Assembly: GCA_977020255.1 (NCBI GenBank)
Contig: CDROCS010006380.1
Location: 124,001-188,000, forward strand
Direction: 5' to 3'
DNA: 64,000 nt
Source of the DNA: Obrimoposthia wandeli
Taxonomy: Eukaryota
Shown: piece by piece, positions 15,301 through 30,300 of the stretch
How the letters are laid out: each line of letters starts with the position of its first letter
Numbering within the stretch: the stretch's first letter is position 1
The notes under the pieces: generated by a model
Told to the model about the DNA's origin: nothing
What the model saw: only the letters and a program-made list of their open reading frames with translations
Database searches by the model: none
Made by a program: the position numbers and the translations under genes

Positions 15301-18300
15301 ATAATGCTTCCTTTGAAGAAATATTTCTAGTTAACTCAGTTTCAGGAACTACTTTAATCGATTTAGAATTTAATATTAATTGTTCCAATAGTGAGTATTT
15401 AGATTTAAATCATACTTTGCTTTATGTTCAAATAAAAGTTTTAAATCGGGATGGTACTAATTTAGAGGAAAATGCCGATGTAACACCTGTAAATTATCTC
15501 TTTAATTATTTATTTAGTGATGCCATTGTTACTCTTAATAATTATAAAATTGAAGATGGGAATTCTTTCTATGCTCATAAAGCTTTGATTGAAAGTCTTT
15601 TGAATTATAGTACTGATACTCAAAATACTAATTTGGCAACCATTGGTTATGATAAAACGGCTGCAACTCGCAAAGAATGAATTGAAAAATCTAAAGCTTA
15701 CGAAATGTGTGGGTCTTTGAGATTGAATTTCTTTGAACAACCGAAATATTTAATTTCTGGTGTTAATGTACATCTTCGTTTGAAACGTAATAAAGATAAT
15801 TTTTCTTTGATAAGCACAGACGTTCTAAAACCTAGGCTTGATATTTTGGATGCAAAATTATATGTTCAAAGAGTTAAAATCGAGCAATCAGTTTTAATTG
15901 CACATAATGTAGGAATAGAAAAAAACAATGCTTGTTATCCTATAAGAGAAACTAAACTTATAACCTACTCTTTAGGTACGGGTACACAAGCTTTTAATAA
16001 GGATCAAATTTTTAGTTATGTAAGATTATTGAAATTCGTTTTAATTTCTTTTCAAAAAACTGCAAAGTTTCTAGAAAATTATACGATTATTTTTTGTTGC
16101 GACCCTGTATATATGTATTGCTCGTCAGGCCATCGCGGTCCCGAAGGGCACTTGTTCGCCTTTAGATGGCCTCTCAGGCACTTCCTCACTCTGACGGAGC
16201 ACTATGAGATTTTCAATTTTAAAGGGTGTAAATGGGGTTAATTAGCTTTTTATTGTGTTTAGCGGGGGGGATTGAAAATTTCACTCCACACACATGCACG
16301 AAATTTCACTGCATACTCATGCACGGTTTTAAAGGACAGTGGTAGGCCCCCCGGTGTGAGAGGGGGAAGGGGGTGGATTAGACCGGACAAATTCACTTAC
16401 TCATAAGAAGTGAAAAAATCAAATCTGATCCCAACATATGTAAAACACATAACAATTATTTCAAATTAATCTTTTTTTTTCGATTATTTTCATTGATAAA
16501 CTAATAAAAAATTTAACCTTGAAAATTGATTGTGAAAACCCAGATAAAACGTTATAAAGCAAAATTTAGACTCAAGGTAATTTATTAGTAGAAGAAAATA
16601 TAAATAGAAAAGCTGCAAAATAATATAATGTAATCGAAAATAAGTGCCTTTATATGGAGTAAAATAAAAGTGGTGTTATTCAAGATGTTTAAAATCAAAA
16701 GATCACCAGGCGGCAATGAAGATAATTGTTTTTATTTCAAAATCATCACAAAATATTTTAACATAATTTAACAAATTGGGGTTATTTAAAGTTTTCAGAA
16801 GAATATTTCCTAGTTTTCCAAAGGGAATCTTTATGAGGTAAAATATTTAAATATCCCGAAGAAAGACTAATTTAAGGAGATTTTGAAACTATCTGATATC
16901 TGAGAATTTAAAAATCAGATTTGTGATCAAAGCAAAAAACTACATCAACAAACTCTACAAATATTTCAGAAAAAATTGGAAGTTAAAATTTCTCGATTAG
17001 TGTTATTTAGTTATTTGTAGCTGGGATTTGGGTATCATGCTATTTCGATAGCTTCCCTTGACAATATAGTCTGGGTTAGACTAGGAAAATTGAACAATAT
17101 AATATACATTGTAATTAAATCTGATACATTATTCAGATTTTCTTGTTCTGAATTTCGAATAATTCTCGCTGGTCAATTAAATTCACAACAATGTTCTAAT
17201 ATCAACCTACTGTCCCAAAGACGATTGACACCATAATATAGTGTCATATTTTTACTACCAGATTCTAAAAGTTGACTTTATTGATTTGTAGGATTCTTTT
17301 ACCTCTTGAGAAAGCCACTGATATAACAGAAAATATGTTTTCTTAATATAGGAGAAGTGCTTTAATACTATAACTTTATTCCATGTTTAGTAAGTAAACC
17401 TGAAGTGGCACGGCAATATACGACTCTGTGACTGATTTCTATGAACAATTCACCACATTCCCCGTTTCCTTGTAACTGGATCGAGTACACCAAAGTCTTA
17501 TAACCTATATGATCTTTGATAAATGCATATTCAATTGATGTTGGTTTATCTTGTTCATCATTTTGCTATTCATTCTGTTTTGTCTTCTTCAAAATTGTCA
17601 TCATCAGAAATGTCTTCACTAAAAGTAATGGTAGAAGCTGATTGCCGATATTGAATTAGGAAGCCTCGATATGCTTGGCTGTTTTCTTGTTGCAGTTCTT
17701 TGTGTTTGTCAAACAGAGTTAACAGTCTCTCACAAAGCCATAAAAGTGCAAAACGGAAATTTTAAATTTTTTACCACTGTTGACACTGATAACTGGATAA
17801 ACCCGTATTTTGTAAAGGTATAAGGAGCAATGACTTTATCTGATCTCCTCATTTCATCATCCAATATGCATAAAATCGGGAACGATCGGCGAACGATTTT
17901 TTTTAATTGTGAAAATATTAAACTTTCCTTCTTTTTTGGCACTGGAAAAAATAAGAGTATCGTTTTGTTTGTCTATTAACACTTTATCCCCGTATCACAA
18001 TATTTTTCCAGAAACAATACACTCTCATGCGTTGTTATTTAAGAAGGATGTTGGTATTTATAAACTAGAAAATTTGCGATTTTCGCTTCTATAACTTCTC
18101 TTATAAAATGTAAATCTACGAATAAAATCGATTTGTGCACTTTGGTTATTGTTACAGTAAGTAGGTGGATGTGTTCGGTCTAATCCACACACCCCAGAAT
18201 CAGATGATCCATGAATTTGAAACGATGGATGAAATTGATAAGTAATGGATAGATATGTCTCTGTAACTATTTGATTCATTCTCACTAATACTCTTAGAAA

Positions 18301-21300
18301 TTTTCAATATTTTCCTTTTGAAACATATATAAATAGTAATTAATCATTTCTATTCTTGAATATTGCATACGTTTTAATTACTATCTCTTCTCATATATAA
18401 CAATCCGGGTATAATTTCCTCATAAATCTCAAGTCCAACTTTTAGAACATAATTATAAATTTTCCTATAATTCTCAATAACTTTCCTTCCCATAAACCTC
18501 TATTATCAACCCTAATTTTCTTTATATCAAACAAGAGGTTGATTATTTATTTTCAATATGTCAAACAAACCAGGTATAATTCATAAATTTCCTTACATAT
18601 ATCAATCAATTCTAGATTATCACTTTCAGATATAGCCTCTAATTCATCCTAATGTCAATTCTTTAACACTATTCTTCATTATAGCATCTAAATTTCAATA
18701 AAATACTTCAAACATTATCTTTAAAAAAATAGCATACCTAGCTTTGATTTTAATTGAAGAAATGTAGAAGGAATAGATGAAATGCTTAAATATTGGCTTT
18801 GGAACGATAATATTGATGACTTCGATAAAACCCTCTTTGAAAATAACTTATTTACTATGTATTAATAAAATCATTAATTTGAATAATTTTCTTTCTCATT
18901 CAATGTCTTAATATTAATTGATTTAAAGTATTTTTAATGTCTAATGAAGATAGATCAACATTGGTTCAGGAAACCATTTATATGAACCAAAACTATTCAT
19001 TGTAATCATAAAGATTTTATATAAATATATGATGACTTTATCAATACTCAGAAGTTGTTTCTTTAAGTTTTCCTTAATACCTATTGACTTATAAGCAGCT
19101 ATTTACAACATCATTGATTATTTTCAACTATAAAATCAATAATTGGGAATATGCACACTAATCTTTATTACTCAATATCTAACCTAAACCTCTAACTGCT
19201 AATACTCTAACCTTGATCTCTAATATTCTAATTCTAATTATATCCTCTAACACTATTGTGGATTATCATTTTCCAAAATATATGCGAAACATTTACAAGA
19301 AGATGGTAAAAGTTTGAATAATATCTCTGCTTTTGTAATAATTGTCTTCGTTATGACTGAAATATGAGTAAAATACTTATATTATGATTAATTTTTGGTA
19401 TAACTCGCTTTGAAACACTATAAAGCTGAAATTCAATATGATCGCTTATATCATAATCTTAAATGAAATGACCGGAATATTGATAAAATACGATTTCACT
19501 ATAGTTTTAGAACAGTAGTCTTATTTCCCTTCTAAACCACCTAAATATCATAAATATCTTCTAAATCACATTAAATTTCCTTTCAAAGTCAAATATATCC
19601 TATATTTTTTCTTCTGAATCCTACTAACCTTATATACATCGCTTTTATTTTCATTCAATCTAGGCTATATTTTCTTTACCAAAACCTCCTAAACATTCCT
19701 GCTAAATCCCTTCTAAACCCTTCAAAGCTTTAATCTTTCTTCTGAACCATCTAAACATCATCGTTAAATTTCCCTCTAAATTCATCTAATTTCTTCTTCT
19801 GAAACCTCCTGAACTCCCCGTTAAATCTCCCTCTAAATTCCTTTAATTTATTCTTCTGAAACCTCCCTATATATATTCTCCTCTGAACCAATTTAAGTTA
19901 TATTTCCTCTTCTGAAACCTCTTGAAATATCGATTAAATCCTCCTTTAATCTCCTTTAAGGTTATATTTTCTCTTCTGAAATCTCTTGAACTCCTCGGTT
20001 AAATTCTCCTTTGAACCCTTTAGGCTTTAATTTTCCCTATGAACCAATTTTAGATTTTAATTTTTTTTCTCTGAAACTTCCTAAATACTCCTTTTAAATA
20101 CTTCTCTAAACGCCTTTTAAATACTTCTCTAAACGCCTTTTAAGGCTAAATTTTCTGATACCTCCTAAACATTCTTGCTAAATCCCTTCTAAACCCTTCA
20201 AATCTATAATTTTTCTTCTGAAACCTCTTGAACACTTTTTCAATTTGTCTTTTATAACCATTCTATGCATTAATATTTCTTCTATAACCTTCTAAATACC
20301 TCGTAAATTTCCTCTTTGAACTCTTCTATGTAATAAATTATTTTATAAACTTCCTAAATACTTCGTAATTTTCTTCTTTGAACTTCTAAACATCCCGTTA
20401 AATTCCATTCCTAAATCTCTTAAATAAATCACATCAATTTCACTTCATAATCCAATCTAGGCTATATTTTTTCTATGGATACCTCCTAAAAGTATCGTTA
20501 ATTTCTCCTCTGAACCGCTACTTATTTTATTATCTTTAATCTTCTATGTATTAATTACTCTTCTAGAGAACATTTTGAACAAATCGTGAGTTTCTCTTCT
20601 AAAACTCTATTCATTATTTTCTATTCTTAAACCTTATAAACACCCATGTCATCTCATCTAAATGTAACAAATCTCATGCATCTTGTTCATTTCTCTTATA
20701 GAACCTTTTATGTATAATTTCTTTACTAGACCGATCATAATTTATTTGAAGTAATAAATCGACTGGTTGTTGATGTTTGAAAATAAGTTTCCATAATATT
20801 GATAACATCAATGAATCAATAAACTTGTAGAGTGTTGTAAGAATTTTCTTGTTTGATATATCGATCAATGAAAAATTATTTTTTGAGAATATAGTTATCA
20901 ATAGACTCAAGTAATATGAATAAATTATGACTGAGATAAATACATACTCTAAACATTATTGAATAAATTATATCAATAAATGATACTTGAAAAATTAAAA
21001 TTTTAGGTTTAAATGAATTGAAAGAGAGAATATAATTTAATCCATTTCTAGTCCTGATGTAATAATTTCTAAACAAATTGTTCCAATATAGTATTGATAT
21101 CCGATGTTTACTAGTGATAATTTAATTAATTACTTATTTATTACATAGATTAATTTCCTTAAATAAGCTAATCTTTAAACAATATTCTTTGAAACAAAAA
21201 TTAGAAATGTAAACTAATAATTTTTTAGTAACAAAACGTATAAACACCCATGTCATCTCATCTAAATGTAACAAATCTCATGCATTTTGTTCATTTCTCT

Positions 21301-24300
21301 TATAGCACCTTTTATGTATAATTTCTTTACTAGACCGATCATAATTTATTTGAAGTAATAAATCGACTGGTTGTTGATGTTTGAAAATAAGTTTCCATAA
21401 TATTGATAACATCAATGAATCAATAAACTTGTAGAGTGTTGTAAGAATTTTCTTGTTTGATATATCGATCAATGAAAAATTATTTTTTGAGAATGTAGTT
21501 ATCAATAGACTCAAGTAATATGAATAAATTATGACTGAGATAAATACATACTCTAAACATTATTGAATAAATTATATCAATAAATGATACTTGAAAAATT
21601 AAAATTTTAGGTTTAAATGAATTGAAAGAGAGAATATAATTTAATCCATTTCTAGTCCTGATGTAATAATTTCTAAACAAATTGTTCCAATATAGTATTG
21701 ATATCCGATGTTTACTAGTGATAATTTAATTAATTACTTATTTATTACATAGATTAATTTCCTTAAATAAGCTAATCTTTAAACAATATTCTTTGAAACA
21801 AAAATTAGAAATGTAAACTAATCATTTTTTAGTAACAAAACATTTACAGATTCTTTGGATGGTATTGTTGTTTCGGNNNNNNNNNNNNNNNNNNNNNNNN
21901 NNNNNNNNNNNNNNNNNNNNNNNNNNNNNNNNNNNNNNNNNNNNNNNNNNNNNNNNNNNNNNNNNNNNNNNNNNNNNNNNNNNNNNNNNNNNNNNNNNNN
22001 NNNNNNNNNNNNNNNNNNNNNNCACCGAATTTCACCCAACAAACACCGACTTTCACCCAACACCCAACGACTTTCACCCAACACCCACCTACTTTCACCC
22101 AACACCCATCGACTTTCACCCATCACCCAACGACTTTCACCCAACACCCACCTACTTTCACCCAACACCCATCGACTTTCACCCAACACCCACCTACTTT
22201 CACCCAACACCCACCGACTTTCACCCAACACCCACCTACTTTCACCCAACACCCATCGACTTTCACCCAACACCCATCGACTTTCACCCAACACCCATCG
22301 ACTTTCACCCAACACCCAACGACTTTCACCCAACACCCACCGACTTTCACCCAACACCCACCTACTTTCACCCAACACCAACCTACTTTCACCCAACATC
22401 CATCGACTTTCACCCATCAACTTTCACCCAACATCCAACAACTTTCACCCAACACCCAACGACTTTCACCCAACACCCACCGACTTTTACCCATCACCCA
22501 TCGACTTTCACCCATCACCCAACGACTTTCGCCCAACACCCATCGACTTTCACCCAACACCCATCGACTTTCACCCAACACCCACCGACTTTCACCCAAC
22601 ATCCAACGACTTTCACCCAACACCCAACGACTTTCACCCAACACCGAACGACTTTCACCCAACACCCACCGACTTTCACCCATCACCCATCGACTTTCAC
22701 CCATCACCCAACGACTTTCACTCAACACCCATCGACTTTCACCCAACACCCACCGACTTTCACCCAACGACTTACACCCACCCTCCAACACCCAGCACCC
22801 AAGGAAATCTGTGATATAGGCACCGTTCCGAGCCTTTCGCACTTATTTTTTTGGGTCCCCCCTTGTCTTTTAAAACCCTGCATGTGTGGGGAGTGAAATT
22901 TCACTCCACACACATACACAAAATTTCACTCCACACACATGCACGGTTTTAAAGGACAGGGGTGAGGGTGGGGTGGATTAGACCGGACACATCCACCTAC
23001 TACAGTAAGCTGGAAAGAAGTTGGTGTGGTTGAGCACGGAACGCTCAGATTTCTGTTTACTTGCATTTGGCATAGTGCAGCATCATCGAGTAGCCCCGTG
23101 GCAGCTCAGTCTCTGGGGGTGACTCGATCGCACAGCCTGCACGACTATCTGGTGACGATGCTGTTCGAGCACGGTCCCGAGCTGGGCAGGACGGTGACAC
23201 AGACGCAAACAGGCACAGGCTCCACGACCATCAGAGCTCGACTGTCGGGGCTGCAGCGACGAGTCCTATCACACATCATCACACAGATCAACAGCGAGCT
23301 TAGCCACATGCTGCTAGGCCTCTCGCACGATAACAGTGGTGGCGGCGGTAGCAGTAGCAACTGCTCATGCTGCTTTCAGCTACTCAACCAGATCCTCACC
23401 CTCTCGGGTGCCCAGGCCGGTCTGCGGTATCTGCTTAGCCAGCCCCAGTTGATCCGTGACCTGGTCGTGATGCTATTTGTGGGTGGCCCCTCCATCAAGA
23501 AGCAGGTACGTCTCACCCAAACCCACCCCCACATTAATGCCGAACGAAAACCACCATTCGATAAAACGTGCGTATTAAAATTGTCGATTTAATGTGCATA
23601 AACATACAAGAGAAGGTGCACCAATAGTCGATCGAATATGCTCTATCAGTCAGTGTAAATATATTTGATATATATGCGCATATTTGATATTTCTTTAGTC
23701 TGTGTAAATTTTCTTAACGATTTTTTCTTTTCTTAACTGTAATTTTGAAATTTCTTTCTTCTCTAAAGTTGAAAATTCCAAAAAGATATTTTTACTCTTT
23801 AACTATTTTATAGCTCAGTTTATCACTAGATATGAGTGGGTCTTATTTGAGTTTCTGTTGTAATATTTACTGAGTTGTAGATTCAAGTACTAAGCATATG
23901 AACGCTCCGATGAGTTTTCTGATTGCTAGTTTTTAGGAGCTGATCTTCTGATGAAGGTTATCCGGTGCCCAGGTCATCTTCACAATCACGCGCATCTTCT
24001 CGGCGATGGCGCCGCAAGTCCTGGAGGAGGTACTTTACCCTCTGGTGATACCTGAGGAGGGAGATGGTCTTACTGGCGACAGTATTGAGCAGATTGAGGA
24101 TGAAGGGCAGGAGGAGCCGAGCTGTGAGGCAGACTGCGCGGGAAACTGCTTTCTGGTGTGGAGTGAGAAGAGGTTTGTGCCGTTGAAGCTAATGCTGTGG
24201 TTTGCTGGGCACGCTCTACACACGCAAGTCAGGACAGGCAGTGGCACTGGCACCGGTACAACAGACCATAACAACAGCCAACTTGCGACCACAACGAATG

Positions 24301-27300
24301 TGGGAACCAGCCAGCTCGAACGAGGGTGAGACAGACCTTAACTTACGGTTATTTATCATCGAGGTTGTGCATGATCGAGGTTGTGCAGGATCAATATTGT
24401 GCATGATGGAGGTTGTGCATGATCGAAGTTGTGCATGATCGAGGTTGTGCATGATCGAGGTTGTGCATGATGGAGGTTGTGCATGATGGAGGTTGTGCAT
24501 GATCGAGGTTGTGCATGATGGAGGTTGTGCATGATCGAGGTTGTGCATGATCGAGGTTGTGCATGATTAAGGTTGTGCATGATCGATGTTGTGCATGATG
24601 AAGGTTGTGCATGATGGAGGTTGTGCATGATGGAGGTTGTGCATGATGAAGGTTGTGCATGATCGAGGTTGTGCATGATGAAGGTTGTGCATGATGAAGG
24701 TTGTGCATGATCGAGGTTGTGCATGATGAAGGTTGTGCATGATCGAGGTTGTGCATGATGAAGGTTGTGCATGATGAAGGTTGTGCATGATCGAGGTTGT
24801 GCATGATGAAGGTTGTGCATGATCGATGTTGTGCATGATGAAGGTTGTGCATGATCGATGTTGTGCATGATGGAGGTTGTGCATGATCGAGGTTGTGCAT
24901 GATCGAGGTTGTGCATGAACGTTGTTGTGCATGATCGAGGTTGTGCATGATTAAGGTTGTGCATGACAAAGCTTTTTTAAATTTACAGGAAATTGCTGCT
25001 ACCAGCCACTTTCATGAATGCTATCGTGATAGATCGAGCTGCAGCTAAGAGCTTATTTGATCTTCTGCTTCAGCTCTACGATGTAAGAAATTCTTGGTGT
25101 AAACAAATTCATTCCGAACTAATACACATGTCACTCTTGCAGGAGAACGCATACACCCTCTGGTTTGTGTACATACAAGAGTGGATGCGCTATCTCTTCC
25201 ACCAACTCGCCCAACTTGACCGTCTTAACCAGGATCTGCAACCAGACTCTACAGGGATCTGCATCCCACGCCATGCGCTATCTCTGCAACCTGGACTTCT
25301 GCTGCAGTTGACACTGTATGTGCTACCACTCTTTCGTCAGCCTGGTCTCGTCAATTTCTGGAACAATGTGGCGGGTACTGCACGAATTCTTCGGTGAGCT
25401 AACTTACAATAATGACAATACTGTACCACACAGCATCACACTACATCACACTGCATCACACTGCATCACACTGCACCACACTACATCACACTGCATCACA
25501 CTGCATCACACTACATCACACTGCACTACACTACACCACACTGCATCACACTGCATCACACTGCACCACACTGCATCACACTGCATCACACTACATCACA
25601 CTACATCACACAATATCACACTGTATCACATCACATTGGACCACAGGGAATTACAATGTACTCTTGGACAGATCAGGAGAGGCTCGCTTCTGCAGCAATC
25701 ATGACGATGAGCGCACACCAGCCTCAGTAGTGTGCTACACCTGTCAAACAAGCCAGACAGGTGCTGGTGCCGGTACCAGCGCTGTGTGTTTGTGTGGCGA
25801 GTGTGACAGATATCTGCACATGTCCAAGTTGGCCAAGTACCACATCCGCGACACTCTCACTCAGCCAGACCCAGTACCAAGTGCAGTTGTGAGATCAGGT
25901 GCAAGTGAGTCAGCACTGGTCTCAGTACAGGACCGTTGTGTCAGGCTCAAGTCGTCCTGCCTACTGCTGTCCCTGCACCTGGACTCACTGCGGGCCTGTC
26001 TCGTGCACCGACCTCTGCACTTCCAACAAAATCAGCATCATCATCAGCAGAGGCCACACCCTGCACCACCATCCCTCAGTGCTGTTCCTGCCAGTTGTCG
26101 ATTCTGTGGTGTCGAAGGCAGTGTCTGCGGCCAGCTGGAGTGCGTGGAGAAGGAAACAGACAGTTGCAAGGAGCGTAGACCAGATTGCCGACACTGGTGC
26201 TCAGGATTGGCCTTGGCATCAGGTTCCAATATCTGTCCCGCTCTATGCCTCATGCCCGGCTGTGCTGACCCCTGCCTTGTAGAGCGACATGGCCTCAAGC
26301 AGGTGTGTGACCTACTTTCTATGTGGATTCTGTGACAATCTTTGACTAGGCATTCTGGGACCTGTTTTTTTGTGATCTATTTTGTGACTTACTTTCTTTG
26401 GGGAAAACCTTTGTTACCTTCTTCCTCTGGAGATTCTTGGACTCATTTTCTTTGGACAGAAACGTTTTAAGCCTACTTTCTCTGAGGAGTGATGTGACAT
26501 TTCTACAGAGGAGGTTTGTTAGTTGTTTCTTTTGGAATAGATTCTATGAGCTACTTTCTGAAAGGGATATGTGACTTCTCTTCTTAGATGATACTTTTTG
26601 GCCTACTTTCTCTCCGTAGAGATTATGCGACCTAGTTTCTTTCAAAAATGTATGGCCTTTTTTAGTGAATAGTTTTGACAGTTTTTATTAGTTTACTGCT
26701 GTTGATGTGGGGATGTTAGGCTAACTTCTCATATGTGAGTTCTTAACAGAATATGACTAACATAAGACTTCTATCACAATAGCTGAAGGGTATTTTCTTT
26801 TCACAACTTCTCCTCGAACTGCCAATGAATATTTTCTCCCATTTTTGACTCATTAATCTTTGAATATTTATTTCATTAAAACATACCCTTCAAATTTATG
26901 AAATTGTAGAAAACATTGTAGCAAAACCTAAATAAAAAATAACTTTATTTTATGACGTTTAAACATTTCTTAATATCAAATGAATGAATTGAAAAAAATT
27001 ATTATCAGATTGCTTACACAGAATTTAATACAAATTGTAATATAATAATTAATTAGAAAATGGATGAATAATATTCTTTTGTCAATGCTTATTTCGAGAG
27101 AAAATATTTTTGCAACAATTTCGAAATTAGCACCAAAGTCTCTGGTTAACAGCTGCATTGGATTACGTCAGGACGGAGATGACATGTGCATGGTCTGCTT
27201 CACGGACTCTCTGCTGGAGGCCCCAGTCGTGGTTCTGGAGGGGTGCGGTCATGTGCTGCACTTCCGCTGTGCCCAGAGGCAGCTAGCAGCCGGTTGGCCA

Positions 27301-30300
27301 GGTCTGCGACTCTCGTTCACATTTAGATGTTGTCCATTCTGCAAGATACCGATGCGGCACCAGGCTTTACAGGTAAGGGACATGAGGATAGACATGAGGA
27401 GGGACATGAGAAGAGGTATGAGGAGGGACATGATGAGGGACATGAGTAGCGACATGGGTAGGGACATGAGTAGCGACATGGGGAAGGACATGAGGAGGGA
27501 CATGAGGAGGGACATAAGAAGGGGTATCAGGAGGGATATGAGGAGGAACATGAGAAGGGGTATGAGGACAGACATGGGGAAAAACATGAGGAAGAACATG
27601 AGGAGGGAAATGAGGAGAGACATGGGGAAAAACATGAGGAAGAACATGAGAAGGGGTATGATGAGAGACATGAGGAGGGGTATGAGGAGGGACATGAGAA
27701 GGGGTATGAGGAGGGACATGAGGAGGGGTATGAAGAGGGACATGAGGAGGGACATAAGAAGGGGTATCAGGAGGGATATGAGGAGGAACATGAAAAGGGG
27801 TATGAGGACAGACATGGGGAAAAACATGAGGAAGAACATGAGGAGGGAAATGAGGAGAGACATGGGGAAAAACATGAGGAAGAACATGAGAAGGGGTATG
27901 ATGAGAGACATGAGGAGGGGTATGAGGAGGGACATGATAAGGGGTATGAGGAGGGACATGAGGAGGGGTATGAAGAGGTACATGAGGAGGGAAAAAGCAC
28001 AAAACGGGTCCTACGTGGAAATCAATCACCAAAATGCATGAGGGAGTAAAAGATTAATATTAGCTTTATTCATCCATAGTTTTCATCATGATACCTGGCT
28101 TTGGGAGCGTTTTTAGTATGCAAGTGTGGGATGAACCTGTGGAAAATGAGGAGGATGATGGGTATGGGGTATGGAATGTAATAAAAAGATGCGGATCAGG
28201 CACAGATCGAGCTGCTGGAGAAACTGGAGAAAGAAGTGAGGCGCAAGGCGCTGTTGCGACTCGAGCACGAGGGAATGCTAACCTGCCCCGAGGTCACCGA
28301 TCCCCACAGTCCTTTCAAGGACGATCCAGAGGAGTACGCACTGCACCGGTTCTGCTACTACCTTTGCTACCGCTGCAAACAAGTGAGTTCTCCAAGTTTT
28401 GATACTTGATATGGTGCCTCTGTTACTCGTTGCTGTCCCAGCACAGACAGCATGAGTAGGTATATGTGTGACTTCTGGCACAAAGCCAGTGGGGGTAATG
28501 AGGTCTACTTAAGGTCATGAGCTCATGAGGTCACAGTCAAGGTCACCATGAGGTTACCATGAGGACAAAGATATAACTAATCAATTACTCATTGATGAAT
28601 CATTGTATGACTCATGTCCTTTGTTCTTTGAGAAAAAGACAATGACTCATCGATGACTCATTGCATAAGTCATAACTCATATTCTATTGTAGTATCATAC
28701 TTTAAAACTACAGTAATACCCCGAACAGTGCGGGTAATTCGTGCCAGAATTGTCCTGCACTGTTCGGAACCACACTGTTTGATGCATTATATAATGGGTT
28801 TAATATTAATTCGTTCCGGACTGAATAAATATCGATACGTACATATGATAAAATAATTAAAAGTTATTAAATACATCAAAAACGAGCATTAACAGAGATA
28901 ATGAAACAAGATTATAATTATATATTTATTGAAACAAAAGAATACTGAAAGAATACTGAAATGTTTTTATTGTTAAGAAAAATATTTAAGCAAAGAAGTT
29001 TGGACTGATTTCTTCTTCGTTTTTGTGGCATAAAGTTCTCTATAGCATCGAAAACATTTTTAAACAGTGTTTCGCACTTGGATGCTGCGTTCGACATTTG
29101 GGTCTTCATTCATAATAATTTTGGAAGCTTCATCATAAAGTGAAAATAACTTGTCCATGTCAGCAATACTAAATTCTTTAATTTCAACTGGATCATCATT
29201 TGAATCTTTTTCTTCCTCTACTTCATATGCTCGTTGCTGATCAATTTCTACGAGAGTTTCGTTATTGAGCTCACTAGAATGAGAGTCGATGCATTCACGC
29301 ACATTAGCATTGTCTACATTATTAAATCCAATATTTTTTACCGATCTGAACAATGTCTTCTACAACTGTTTGAACTTGAGGTTCAAACCACCAAAATCAT
29401 TCGCGCAGTGAGGCAAAAAGTTTCCCATACAGCTCTCATGTTGCTAACAGTAACTTCACGTCATGCTGAATCAATATTTTCAATTGAAATTCTGATATTA
29501 TAGTTCTTCCAAAAATCAGTTAATGAAATGGCATTTTCTCCTGTCATAACTTTAATTGTTTGAGAAAAAGCTTATCTCATATAATAAGCCTTGAATGTTG
29601 CGATCATTCCTTGGTCTATCGGCGTATTAATTAAGTTGTGTTCGGCGATAAAAATACAATTTTAACATTGTTATTTAAATCACCTAGTGCAGTTGAATGT
29701 CCTGGTGCGTTATCTAATAACAAAATAATTTTAAATTCAATGTCATTTTCTTTGCAATATCGTTCAGTTGCGGGACAAATATAATTTGCGAACCAGTTTT
29801 TAAATAAATCTCTCTTGGAGAGTATTTGTGGCATAGCCTTTTAAAGCTCTTGGATCGCTTGCCCGGTATACAACATAGGCTTCAATTTAAATTCACCAGA
29901 CGTATTGCTACCTAACAAAAGAGTCAAATGATCTTCTGCAATTTTATACCCTGATTATACTCATTTATATTATAATTGCATGCAATTTTAGCCAATGATG
30001 CACCATCTTCATGCCACTTTATAGCATCTAGTTTATTTTCTATTGTTAGCCACTGTCGATTGTTTGGACCAACATTGTCTGTGCTTCCTTTTGTTTGACT
30101 TGACATGTCAATACAATTTGTTTTAATAATAGTATTCTGCAATATTGACTCGGAAAATATCAGATGATTAATTTCGAAAATGTGAGTTTTAAGAATATTA
30201 TATATATATCTTGAAATCAATATTGATATTTTTAAAGGATTAAATTTAGTTTTATTCTCTATTTTATTTATTTACTAATGTTTTACGAAATCCGCACTAT

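Larger units (their letters stand above)
10584..16401 (+). mobile_element. Maverick/Polinton (adintovirus-like) element E1, internally deleted
   Basis: Termini attaggtggatgtgtccggtctaatcc ... ggattagaccggacaaattcacttact; flanks CATACG / CATAAG (6-bp TSD, 1 mismatch); gene run ATPase-core-integrase-minor capsid-pX-like-major capsid; no pPolB or protease. Confidence 0.93.
18160..23001. mobile_element. Non-autonomous Maverick derivative E1b
   Basis: TIRs agtaggtggatgtgttcggtctaatccac / gtggattagaccggacacatccacctact; perfect 6-bp TSD ACAGTA (18154-18159, 23002-23007); same termini as E1; no recognisable core gene inside. Confidence 0.9.

Noticed and set aside
16950-19500. Possible pPolB remnant next to or inside E1b
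   Set aside because: Translated frames show no polymerase B motifs that I could recognise.
21818-22896. ORFs across the gap and the 21-bp array
   Set aside because: Repeat- and N-derived.
27373-28041. MRRD-repeat extension of the RING ORF
   Set aside because: Lies after a GTAAGG donor; PHR homology resumes in the exon at 28200, so it is intronic repeat.
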